Both the position numbers and the translations under genes were made by a program. 64,000 nt of DNA from Octopus sinensis (lineage: Eukaryota): contig NC_043006.1 of the NCBI RefSeq assembly GCF_006345805.1, positions 90,706,001-90,770,000 on the forward strand, in the 5' to 3' direction. The notes beneath the pieces were generated by a model that saw nothing but the letters and a program-made list of their open reading frames with translations, was not told the DNA's origin and did no database searches. Shown here one piece after another: positions 38,623 through 50,410 of this stretch; position 1 is the stretch's first letter, and each line of letters opens with the position of its first letter.

Positions 38623-40126
38623 CAATAATAATGATGATAATGATAATAATAATAATAATATGTATTAAGATATTAGGTAAGATATATGTTGAATATGGTA
38701 ATTCACTTCATTAGAATTAACTATGATCTTAAATGTTTACTTTAATTAAGTTATATTGTCCTTTAATTTCACATAACTTATTTGAACAGGTTTTAATTGG
38801 TTATGTATTTAAATTGACTTATTCATAAAAATCATTTCATAAAATTAATTGTAGAAATGGTTTTTATAGTAATGTTTTTTTAGAACTTAGATATTTTTTA
38901 CTTTTGGCACTACTTTTCTTTATGTATGCTACATTTCTTCAGAAATAATTTGTATCTTTCTCTCCTCAACCAAAAATGATTGTTAGTAAAATTGAAATTA
39001 TTTCAAGTGTCTTTTCGTATTTGTACTTACACATTTTGGAAGTTCAGAGTATTTTGCAGCAATGTAGTTTTATTTATTGTTTTTACAATTTTAAACATGT
39101 ATTTGCTTATGTGTTGGTTTGGATTTTCATTATTGAATGGCATCCAATTTTGAGAATGTTTATTGATAATTTATTGTTAAAAAATTCATTGAAAATAGGG
39201 ATGAAACTCTAAGTAAGAATATTAAGCTATTATACAGAAATCTTGCTAAACTTGAAAAATTATAACTGAAATTCTGCTTACAAGTTGGACAGTGCAGTAT
39301 AATTGAAATCACTACAATTTACAAGTCCCTGTATATCTTATGAAAATATGTTATAGATATATGAATATCTAAAACTTTCTCCATCACAAATCACACAATT
39401 TCTAAATTGAGGCTTAACAATTAGTCAATGAGAGAAAACTTCTATGCAGTCACTTGTTAGAAATAGCAGCCCAGTTCACTTCAAGTCACACCCTATTATC
39501 TTTAAAAAAGGTAAAAGGATACATCAGGTAGTTATAGTCTTGGATACATTGTTCAAAAATAACATGAGATGTTCATACATCTGCTCTGTCAGAACTGACA
39601 TGAAACTAAACAGCAACTATATTTTTTAATATTTATTTGATTATGTACTTAATATTATTAACAAAATTACTTTTATGCTTCCATTACTGATACTTTTAAG
39701 CCATTGCAAATTAGGCATTGTAGGTAGATTTCTATCATTAAAATATTATTCTGATTAATTGCTATTAATTATGCATCATCTGATATATATATATGTTATC
39801 TGTAGTTTTTTTATCTTGCATATTTCAAAATATACAATTGATGAGATGCACCATAAATTTATTTTACTGTCAATCATTAATAATAATATTACATGAATTA
39901 TGTAAACTTCACATGGAATATTACAAAGACAATAATACTGTAATGAATATCTGCTAGTGATTTGTTTTCTTTGTTTGAAATTATCACCATTATCAAATAT
40001 TGATATAGATAAATGTTGATGCCTTATCAATTGTTTTGTTGAATGTGTAACTATAAGACTATTAAATTTGACCATTATAAATTTCTTAAATTTTATCTCT
40101 GTGTTTGTTCATTTTTACAAATTTAG

Positions 40127-40166
40127 AAAGTTGATATGTGTAATTTTAAAATCATCTGATGAAAAG
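40127..40166 (+). CDS. Candidate 40-nt exon (coding status unknown)
   Basis: Long pyrimidine tract ending atttag, consensus donor AAG|gtaagc, one open frame (R)KLICVILKSSDEK. Confidence 0.3.
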
Positions 40167-40504
40167 GTAAGCAAAAGATATAAGCAAAATAAGCATTTTA
40201 TATCTTTGAATTTACCAGAGATGTTGTTTAAGATATTATTTAATCATGTGTTTATATCTAATCACAATGTACTTAATGAAAGCAATCAGATTTCAATGAT
40301 TATGAACAAGTTTAGAATAGTTTCCATTTTTGTATAATTTGCCTATGTGAAGAACTACTTCATAGTTAATTTGTCAGCATTTTAAAGGGCATCTGATTGT
40401 AAAAAACACTTGTTTTACAAATTTAAAGATATCAAAAATGAAATATGATGTTGTCCATCAAAGAAATTCATGTCATATAATAATGGAAATAGTTGCCATA
40501 TTTC

Positions 40505-41125
40505 TTTTACATCATTATTTGGGGCGTAACCAGCCCATTTGTGTGTACCTTTTCCTTCTTTGGACACTAAACTCTGCTTGCGAAGATCTGTTGAGGCAAG
40601 TGAAATTGAAATCAAAATCGAAGTGAAATTCGATGACGGGAACGAGCACTATATGAGCCTGATCGTTGACAGAGCAGCTAACCGGCTTCCGAGCCAGTGG
40701 CACATAAAAGGCACCATTCGAGTGTGATTGTTACCAGCTTCGCCTTACTGGCACTTGTGCCTCATGCTAGTAGGGTGCTAAGAGCACCATCAAAGTGTGA
40801 TCGTTGCCAGAGCGGCTAACTGGCTTCCGTGCTGGTGGCATGTAAGAGGCACTATTCGAGTAGGATCGTTACCGACATCGCCTTACTGGCACCTGTGCCG
40901 TTGGCATGTGTAAAAAGATTCGAGCGAGATCATTGCCAGTACCGCCTGACTGGCCCCCGTGCCAGTGGCACGTAAAAGCACCCACTACACTCTCGGAGTG
41001 GTTGGTGTTAGGAAGGGCATCCAGCTGTAGAAACTCTGCCAGATCAAGACTGGAGCCTGGTGCAGCCACCTATTTCGCCAGCCCTCAGTCAAACCGTCCA
41101 ACCCATGCTAGCATGGAAAGTTGAC
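40505..41125 (+). mobile_element. RTE 3'UTR-derived copy (young) with an internal direct repeat
   Basis: ccttctttggacactaaactctgcttgcgaagatctgttgaggcaag...; tgatcgtt.cagagc.gctaac.ggcttccg...ttactggcac.tgtgcc occurs twice; tail ggaagggcatccagctgtagaaa...gacgttaaacaatgatgatg. Confidence 0.85.
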
Positions 41126-41626
41126 GTTAAACAATGATGATGATTATTTGATACCAATAGTACTGATGAAAGAAATATAGCAATCTTTCTCGGAAATTAA
41201 GAGACAACACGCAGTATTAAACCTGGATACTTTGTCTTTAGCAGTAAAATTCTAAAAATATATGTGTGTATATATATATATATATATTTAGAGTTAAGTA
41301 TCAGATGTAACAGATATATATAGAGTTAAGTATCATATTTGTATGAGTTTGAAACCCAGGAGGTTACAAATCAAGAATCTAAAAAGAAAAAATTGTATAC
41401 ACTTTATTATTGTTTTACTTTCTTCTATTTTGGATGAAGCAGTAATAATAATAATTGATAACAATCTGACAAAGTTGGAAAGGAAATATTATTGAAAGGC
41501 CACGAGGAAATTTTTTTGATGTGTAGTGTTTTGCATTCTTTCAAATCAGAAATTAATTTGCAATTCATTTTGTAGAAATGCTAATTATTTGTTAATTTTA
41601 AAAACTTCTTTTATATCACTCTTCAG

Positions 41627-41671
41627 CTAGTTGTGTACAATTATTGTTCCTGTCTGGGGAAAAAAAGGAAG
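41627..41671 (+). CDS. Candidate 45-nt exon (weak donor)
   Basis: ctaat branch-like motif at 41581, pyrimidine tract ending cttcag, AAG|gttatg donor, frame LVVYNYCSCLGKKRK. Confidence 0.18.
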
Positions 41672-42139
41672 GTTATGATTATTAATTAGAATGTGTTAAT
41701 GGCATTTTCATTTAGTTTATTAGTTCTTACATTGGTTTGTATCATCATAATGTAACATCGACTCATATTTGAAGAACAATATTTAATCTCTAGCTTGGGA
41801 TATAGGACTAAAAATGCACTGATGTCCCACCACCATCACCACATCACAAAAAAATAAAAGAAAAAATAAGAAAAACGTCTGTGACACCTGAATGTTGTAT
41901 AATTGATATTTAATTGTATTTCAAAACAATTTTTCTTGTTCGTTCAGTGCAAAACCAATTGTATTCTATTTCCTTCTACAAAACTATTATAACTCTTAAT
42001 AACCACAAGCGAGTTTTTTAAAAAATTATTCTTGCATATTATTCTGCAGTTAATTATGAATTTAAAAAAAATTTATTTCATGCTATAGTTTATATTATTG
42101 AATTATATTTATATATTGAGAGCTTATTTTATTGAATTA

Positions 42140-42192
42140 CTGATTTCCTTTCTTTTATTGCAGGTAAGTGCTCTTGTCAAATATTGGTGAGT
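42140..42192 (+). other. Recursive-splice-like site plus 23-nt microexon
   Basis: ctgat branch motif, ttcctttcttttattg tract, CAG|GTAAGT (42161-42169), and a second consensus donor TTG|gtgagt at 42187-42192. Confidence 0.45.
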
Positions 42193-44384
42193 AGCATGTG
42201 ATATTGTTCTCTCACAAGTTTTAAACAGATTTTCAAATTATCAATTTAGATTGTTAATGATTCAGAATAACTAACCATTTTAACTGAAATAAATTGTCAG
42301 ATAATAGACTGGTAGTTCCTTATTGTAGGCTTTCTTAAAGAGGTTATTATCAGAATTCTTTACTTATTCTCATCTTTATGGTTATATTTTATCAAACAAT
42401 ATCAGTTGTATGTGAAATTAATTTTAAAACTTTTTCTAGATATATTTAAATATGTAGTAGAACTACTATTCTGATTTTATCTATGATATTCTTTAATTAC
42501 TGAGTTTTAAAATTTCAAAAAAGAATTTTTTAATTTTTATTTATTTTGCAATAAACAGGACTCATATGATTATAATCATACAAAAGACCTGTTTGAATTT
42601 CTTTTCATATCTATTATAACTTTCATAATTTAGTTTTTTTGATCTCTACTTTTTTTTTATTGTTGCCTAATAATTATTAAAGATTATAAAATTGATCTCT
42701 TACTAAAACTCTGAGCTAAATTTAAATTATTGTTAAGAACTGTTGTTGTTGTTGAAGATTTGAGATAACTCGCTAAACTTTGCAAAGTTCATTTTAACAC
42801 ATCTGTATGTCTAATAGAAATAACAATTATTGTTCCTGTTTAACCCATGTATATATCCGATATAGTACAATTTCAAAATCATTCCCTCTAAGCAATGGCT
42901 GTGATAAAAGACATCAACACTAAGTTCAAATTTTAATTCAACCAACTTTTGAGGCTTCCATTAAAGTCCTACAGATATCTATAAAGACTGGATATGTTTG
43001 TCCTTAAAAACTGAGGCAATTAACCTCTGTACCACACACACACATGTGCATGCAGAGAGAGAGAGAGAGAAAGAGAGATCAGTGTAATAATCGAGAATAG
43101 TTTTCGCAAACATATCACCTGCTTTAGTCACTGTTCTAAAATAAACAGCTCATTGTAATACAATTCAGAAAATTAGTAAGATTTCCAATTTATGCTTAGC
43201 AGAGAAATTCCATATGTCGTACAACCCACTCTCAACAGGATCATAATCGATATCTACTTACTAACTTATAAAATGCTACTGATTGTATCTGCAAAAATTA
43301 ATGTAATTGTCTACAGCTATTTATGTTTGATGCTGACTATTTAAAAACTATTATCTTTCTCATAACCTACAAACTTGCAAAGACACACTCATGTTTACTT
43401 GCACATACTCTTACATTCATATGCATTTATATGCATAGCATGAAAATCCCAAATTGTCCTATATTCTCACTATTTTACTGATTTCAGTCATTGGTCATGC
43501 TGAAGTCTTTTTGGGTATATTTGAATACATTAACATTTTATAGCAGGTAGTTTTTATTTATCTATCTCATAAAGCTGAAAAGCAAAATTGACTAAGATCT
43601 GAAGTCAGAATATAAAGGGACATAACAAAGAACCATAATATATCATTTGGGTACATCCTTTTTCCTGATTCCTCATTCCTCCTGATGAAGCTGTAGCTAT
43701 GTTAAGTTATATAGTATGACTGTGAAAATTTGGGACTATATATCTCAGATATTTGGTAAAAAGCTCAGGTCTTCCAAGTCCATTTAACTTTTGTTACTAC
43801 ATTGCCAATAATGATTACAATAACTACAAAAGTTTACAAAATTACTTTGCTGTAGAAAAGTTATGCATATCGTGTGTGGTAATTTGCATATTGGCATTAG
43901 ATCAATAACATTTAAGAAGTCACCAGTACACAAAGGCACCAGAAGAATTGAAAGAAGCTTAAATCATGAATAGTCTTACTGTGTAAAAGAAGCTTTTGGA
44001 ATTTACGCAAGCACCCTTGTAATATACTCAAACAACATACCAAATAACTTTGAATATTGCTCAAATTTCTACCTTACGAAAGACAATACATTAAGCATGC
44101 AAGACACTGCAACAAAGAAAATATTCTTTCTCTCTCATCCCTTTACATTCACACACAATCACATGGTTGAAAATAAGACTTAGGTAGGATTATGCAAGTA
44201 ATATGTATGCTTTATACAGTATTTTAATACTTACACAAAGTTAATGGTTACAATTTTTGTAGTACAGAAATTCAAGCCGGATAGTTTAAATACTTCATAC
44301 TTAGCAAATAGTTACTGAATATTGTGTGAAACAATCTGGAATGTTTCAGTACAAACTTAAGCTCTAAGAGGTTACATAAATAAT

Positions 44385-44394
44385 AATAATAATA

Positions 44395-44432
<38 letters not shown>
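44385..44432. repeat. (AAT)n microsatellite
   Basis: Direct reading of the sequence. Confidence 0.95.
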
Positions 44433-44433
<1 letters not shown>

Positions 44434-46334
44434 ATTAATAAAAAATAAATAAAAATCTGTAGAAAGAGTATTTATGACAAGTGTTCCTTCTTTCTTGAAA
44501 ATTGTTCACTGCACCATTCTAGTGTTTGCTTTCTATCTCTTTTCCTTTCATTCTTATTACTTTTGTTGAGACTAGCTGATGGAAAAAATTTTTTTTTAGA
44601 TAAATCAATAGCCAAGTGGGAAAGACAAAGCCATCAAAGATTAAAAAATACTATATGTATATATGTGTGTGTGTGTGTGTGTGTATAAATCACATTAAAA
44701 AACAAACATTAGTTTGAACTACAGTTGATCATTTTAAGGTTGTTTTTTTTTTTATTTTTAGCTATGTAATAGAAATGTATATTTGATTGTTGTAATTAAT
44801 GCTATAATAAATATATAGCTGGTGCAGGCTTGCTTGTGTGGTTTAGAAGTCTACCTCACAACCATGCAGTTCCAAGTTAGGGATAAGTGAATGCCTTTTT
44901 CTATAGCCTACAGTTGACCAGTTGACAATTGGTAAATAGTCACTCTGTAGAAACTTAACATATGCATACACACACACACTCTCTCTCTCTCTCTCTCTTT
45001 CTCTTCTCTCTCTCTCTCTCTTTTTCTCTCGATTCATCAACTAAACGAACTACCAACTCATTAGGTACATACACATTTGACATAATTCTCCCTGAGAATT
45101 ATCAGAAAATAAAACTTTTCGATTATATGTACAATCCCTCTGTTGGGCTTCCTCACAATTTCCATCTACCCATTTTCACTCACAAGAGTTGGGTTGACCC
45201 TTGTCTAAAATGCTACAAAGTGGGATAAAAACCAGTTCATAACTGCAAAGCCATCTTCTTAAGTGTGTGTGTGTGTGTATAAATACCTTGTGGTATTTAT
45301 GTCACTAAAGGAAAGCAACTTAGTGAGTAAACTTAATCATTCAACAAAGTAAAATTGATAAAATGACTACCAGATTAAGTCCTGAAATCTATATAATTGA
45401 TTAAAACCCTTCTAAAGTGATGCTCCATCTTGGTTGCAGTCCAATAACCGTAAGCTGAAAAAGAATAGTACATTTATTTTGCTTCTTTCTATATTGGCTT
45501 AGGTATTGCAAATAGCTTTCTTTTAGCTGTCTACGGCTACTTTTCTTTGATAATCCCAGGTCTTTTATAAATTGTTTCAAACTAAAGTCTACTTTTAGTT
45601 TACCATTTACTATATAATTCTGCACTACCTTTCATCGTATAAAGCATAGTAAAAAATCACTAATTCTGTCTAGTATATTTCCATTTGGTGGAAAAGCATT
45701 TTGTTAAGCATCTCAATTTAAATAATTGATTATCAAGAAACCTACACAAAACTTAAATGTGGTTCACATCATTTCAATACTTTACTTCCCAGTTTTTATA
45801 AAATGTTAACTAATGTTAAAACATATCCACAATTCAAAGCAATTAGGCTGTAAAAACACTGAACTTACTTACACACAGTTTTTCTTGTCTTTTTGTGTGT
45901 GTTGATAATACGTAAAGTAATATGAAATGTATAATAAAACAAATCTCAATTGAGAAAAATTTTTTGAAGAAAATAAATCTGTCAGTACAAAAAATTATAT
46001 AAAGTTAATGATTGTAGAAAAGATAGCAGAATGAACAAAGTTTATCTGTGAGAAAATTCGGGGGAAAAAAAAGCTGACGAGAGATAAGATTAAGACCTTT
46101 GCATGCATGACTTAAATATAAAATAGCTAGAGTAACACAAGTAGTATAAGGACCAACTCTAAATCTTGAGATACTCAGCCTTCTACTATATATTGTTGCT
46201 TTGTCTTTCATGCTCGCCATTTTCATTCATGAAAAAATCTAAGCAAAATTATGCTCATAAGAAGATATCAATTAAAAATTTTCAAAATTTTGTTTTAATC
46301 TAATATTTTATACAAGCTGCCATCTTTGAGACAC

Positions 46335-46387
<53 letters not shown>

Positions 46388-46467
46388 TCATACACTCATT
46401 GTGTTGGTATGAAGTATCTCTCACTCTATATACATATGTTTCTGTGTAATATGTTTGTATATTTATA

Positions 46468-46758
46468 AAGGCCCCCTTTGGTCATGAATGACCATGTGAT
46501 TGCACCTAGAAAATTTCCCTCCAAGGCACAAGTCCATGCAAGGTTGTTTATGGAGGACCAGCAGTCACCCATGCATATCAGCCTCCACTCTCCATGCCAC
46601 TGATGTCATCCAAGAGCAAAGACTGATATAGCTTGGCACCAGTGACGTCACATGAAAATAAAGTGTTTACTCAAGAACACAACACACTACTCAGTCCAGA
46701 AATTGTACTCACTACCTCATGAGCATGAGCCCAATGTTCTAACCACTAGCCATGCACA
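46468..46758 (-). mobile_element. Family-C SINE
   Basis: Collinear with 15474-15807 (gattgcacctagaaa...ggttgtttatgga.gaccagcagtcacccatgcata...tctaaccact.gccatgcac) with an internal deletion. Confidence 0.8.
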
Positions 46759-46865
46759 TTCACTTATACACAAACACATGCACACACATTTTAAAGGTAT
46801 TTACCTGATTTTCTAAGCTGTCTTCATAGCCATCCTGTGTTTAAGAATTCCTTTATTTTCTGTAG

Positions 46866-46898
46866 AACATACATACATACATACATACATACATACAT

Positions 46899-46955
<57 letters not shown>

Positions 46956-46991
46956 TACATATGTATGTATATATATATGTGTATATATATA

Positions 46992-47071
<80 letters not shown>
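46866..47071. repeat. (TACA)n(CA)n(TA)n compound microsatellite
   Basis: Direct reading of the sequence. Confidence 0.95.
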
Positions 47072-47072
<1 letters not shown>

Positions 47073-47133
47073 TAGGGAGATGTACTTGCATAGCAAGTGA
47101 CCTGTTCTGAGATCGTGTGCTGGAACAAAAACA

Positions 47134-47408
47134 ATTGCAGCATGGAAGGTGTTTATAAGCCATTTAAGAAACACACAAAAACCATTAGATTCACTTCAAC
47201 ACTTAAATTTAATTTGTCAAAATATTTTCATCGCTTTCACAAAATTCTGTGCTGCATCTCTGAGATGCAGCACAGAATTTTGTCAGTGAACAGGTCACGG
47301 TCTCAAAGCGATGAAAATATTTTGACAAATTAAATTTTAATGTTGAAGTGAATCTAACGGTTTTTTTGTGTTTCTTAAATGGCTTATAAACACCTTCCAC
47401 GCTGCAAT
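47134..47408. repeat. 275-bp fold-back: 104-bp outer arms and a perfect 22-bp inner palindrome
   Basis: 47134-47237 pairs with 47305-47408 (5 mismatches by eye); 47239-47260 pairs perfectly with 47262-47283 around a single T. Confidence 0.92.
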
Positions 47409-47499
47409 ATATATATGGCCCCAGCATGGCCACAGCTCGTGAGCTGAAACTAGATAAAATAAAAATAAAAAAATAAAATATATATATTATCAATCGTTA

Positions 47500-47695
47500 T
47501 GGCACCCATGCCAATGGAATGTAAGAAGCAGAAGCACCCATTACATTCTCAGAGTGGTAGACATTTGAAGGGCATCAAGCCAAATCATGCCAAATCAGAT
47601 GGGAACCTGGCTCAGCTCTCCGGCTTACCAATTCCAGTCAAACCGTCTAACTCATGGCAAAGTGAACATTAAATGATGACAATGATGGTGGTGAT
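47500..47695 (+). mobile_element. RTE-type 3' tail copy
   Basis: agcacccattacattctcagagtggtagacatttgaagggcatc...gtcaaaccgtctaactcatgg...attaaatgatgac. Confidence 0.75.
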
Positions 47696-47769
47696 GAATC
47701 ACTTGTACACAATGTATGTATTTTGTTTATTTGCTGAATCCACTGCAGCATCTGGGGAGACACTTCCTA

Positions 47770-48511
47770 ACATACATATAACATCATCTTCATCATCATC
47801 ACTATATTATGTTGGTATGGGTTGGAGAGTTTAACAGGAACTGGCCAGCCAGGGAGTTGCCTGCACTCCATTTGTCTGTTTTGGCATGGTTTCTATGGCA
47901 TGATGCCCTTCCTAATGTCAGCCACTTTACAGATTGTACAATATGGCACCAGCGCAGGTGCTTTTTGAAAGCACTGGTACAGGCACTTTTATGTGGCACC
48001 AGCATGGATACTTTTATGTGACACCAACATAGGTGTTTTTAGATGGCACCAGCACCCAAGAGTGCACAAGACTAGGATCTCTTGGCTGAGAGAGGGATGT
48101 AAAGGACATGCCGGCATGGACAGCTACAATTTTACTTATCTTGATGTGTCCTCTCGAGCACGGCAAAAGTCTTGGTCTCTTGCCATCTCCTCTGTGAAAT
48201 CCAATAACTGAATATTCTTTTCTCACCACATTGTCCTACATTTTCCTTGGTTTACCCCTTCCACATGTTCCCTCCACAATTAGAGATTGACACATTTTGA
48301 TGCAGCTGTCTTCATCTATATGCATCACATGACCACACCAGTGCAGCTTCTCTTTTGCACACTACATCTGCCTTGTATACCCAATTTTTCTCTCAAATCA
48401 CTTATACTCTGTCGTACATGCACATTAACATTACCCATCCAGTGAATGTGATGGCTTCATTTCTTTCAAGCATTCACATGTCCTCACTAGTCGCACTTCC
48501 ATGTGGCATAG
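47770..48511 (-). mobile_element. 5'-truncated RTE LINE: RT C-terminus, 3'UTR and (ATG)n tail
   Basis: Minus strand LERNEA..IHWMGNVNVHVRQSISDLREKLGI...LHWCGHVMHIDEDSCIKMCQSLIVEGTCGRGKPRK, continuing directly into the shared tail. Confidence 0.9.
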
Positions 48512-48575
48512 CTGTTATTTATATATATATATATGTGTGTGTGTATGTATATTTATGCTTGTATGTATACCTGTG

Positions 48576-48623
<48 letters not shown>

Positions 48624-50056
48624 GTCATAGGTAAGAATCCAGTTGTTTGTATAATGTTTTTGTTTCACAAAAACAGCATGATGAGCAGCTGTGCATTTGA
48701 TATATATTGTCAGTGTGTTATGTTTTAGAATTCTTTGGAAAATTGTTTATTCCCAAAAAAGATTACTGAAATATATATTTTGCTGTCTTGTTAAAATATA
48801 TAAAATATACTTTCTTTTTTGAGTAGCTTGTTTCATGGAGTTGCTTTTTGTAATAATACTACAACCAAAGAATAATGTCGTAAAATATGTCCACACCAAG
48901 AATTGTGTTTATGACAATGATATTTTAGCTAATAAAATAACTGAGGTAGTGAAGTGAAAAAAGTTCAATTTATTTTTGGTGTTTCAAGTAGACTATTGCA
49001 CACTAATACCTATGGCAAAAGTGCTTCATTTAGGACAGTGTTTCATTTAAAAAGATGTCCATCTTTTTTTTTTTTTTTTTGATAGGTGAAGTTTCATTGC
49101 ATTACTTTTGTTCTATTTGTCAAGTTTCAGAAAGAATTAGTTTTTAAGCTACTTTAATTTATTGAAATACTCCTTAGTGGTTACCCATTTTTAGAACTTT
49201 TTATGCTGTAGGAAGATACTGTAATGCTTGAACAGGTGGAAGTGTCTCAAAACTTTATCTCCTCAATGTCTTTGATAAGTCATTCATGCTATGTATTTAA
49301 CCAACCGTTGTTATACAGAAAATCAACTCATTTCTGTTGATCAAAGACAGTGGCTTTCAGCCAGTTATTGGTGCAATGTGTTATTTTTCAATACTTTTTT
49401 GCATTGATAGAGTATTCTGGAACCAAGGAAACAGATAAAGTATATTACTTCTGTTGTGTACCATCTTGTGACTACATCCTTTGTTTGACCAAGAGAAGTT
49501 CCTCAGTCTCAGACTTGGCCAACAATAGTACTGCGTATATTTAGGTGTGTGTGTGTGTGTGTGTGTAAATGGATCTACATTTTAACACAGGTTTTCACTC
49601 TGATTCAGAAATGGCTCATTATTATTATATAAAAACAGCACACTTGAAATATCCCTACAATACCCTTTATTAGTACCACTCAATTTGTGGGAGACCTGTC
49701 TAAATTTTGACATTTCTAAATTTTTTTATATACTATAAAATGTTAGAAGATCAATTACATAGTCTGTAGCAAACTCTCGAATTTATTTGTCAGATCATCT
49801 TGGTCATGATTTCCTGTACCTGGTTACTAAAAATTTTGGGTCAGCTTGTTTCCCTAACCTTTTTTTCAACCCTGAGCTCAAGATCTTCAGACAATTACTT
49901 CAGGGACTAGTTTTGATACTTAAGCCAAAATGTAATGGATTTCTTGAAAATTATATTAATTATTCAAGCAAGTTCTAAAAATGTATTGCTTTGATTGAAT
50001 TAAGGCAACATAAAAACAAAGTTGCTCTCTGGAGAAAGCCATCATTTAAAAATAGT

Positions 50057-50113
<57 letters not shown>

Positions 50114-50214
50114 CTGACAATATCTGATAAATATCATGATTGCTTTGTAAGAAATTAAAGAAAACTTTGCACAAATGTAATTTTAAAGCTTTATTTTCTA
50201 TTTCGATAAATATA

Positions 50215-50410
50215 ATTACTACATTACATTCAGTAGAGTGGGTGGTGCTAGGGAGGGTATTCAGCTGTAGAAATGATAGCAAATAAAAAGTACAAGCAAG
50301 ATGTAATCACTTGATCTGTATGGAAGGGCAGAAACACCAAATAGTAGCTGATTAGGAGACTATGAAATTTATCCAACTGAAGCCAGTATGGAAAATGAAT
50401 GTAAAATCAT
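50215..50410 (+). mobile_element. Old RTE-type tail copy
   Basis: agagtgggtggtgctagggagggtattcagctgtagaaa...atccaactgaagccagtatggaaaatgaatgtaaaa. Confidence 0.6.
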
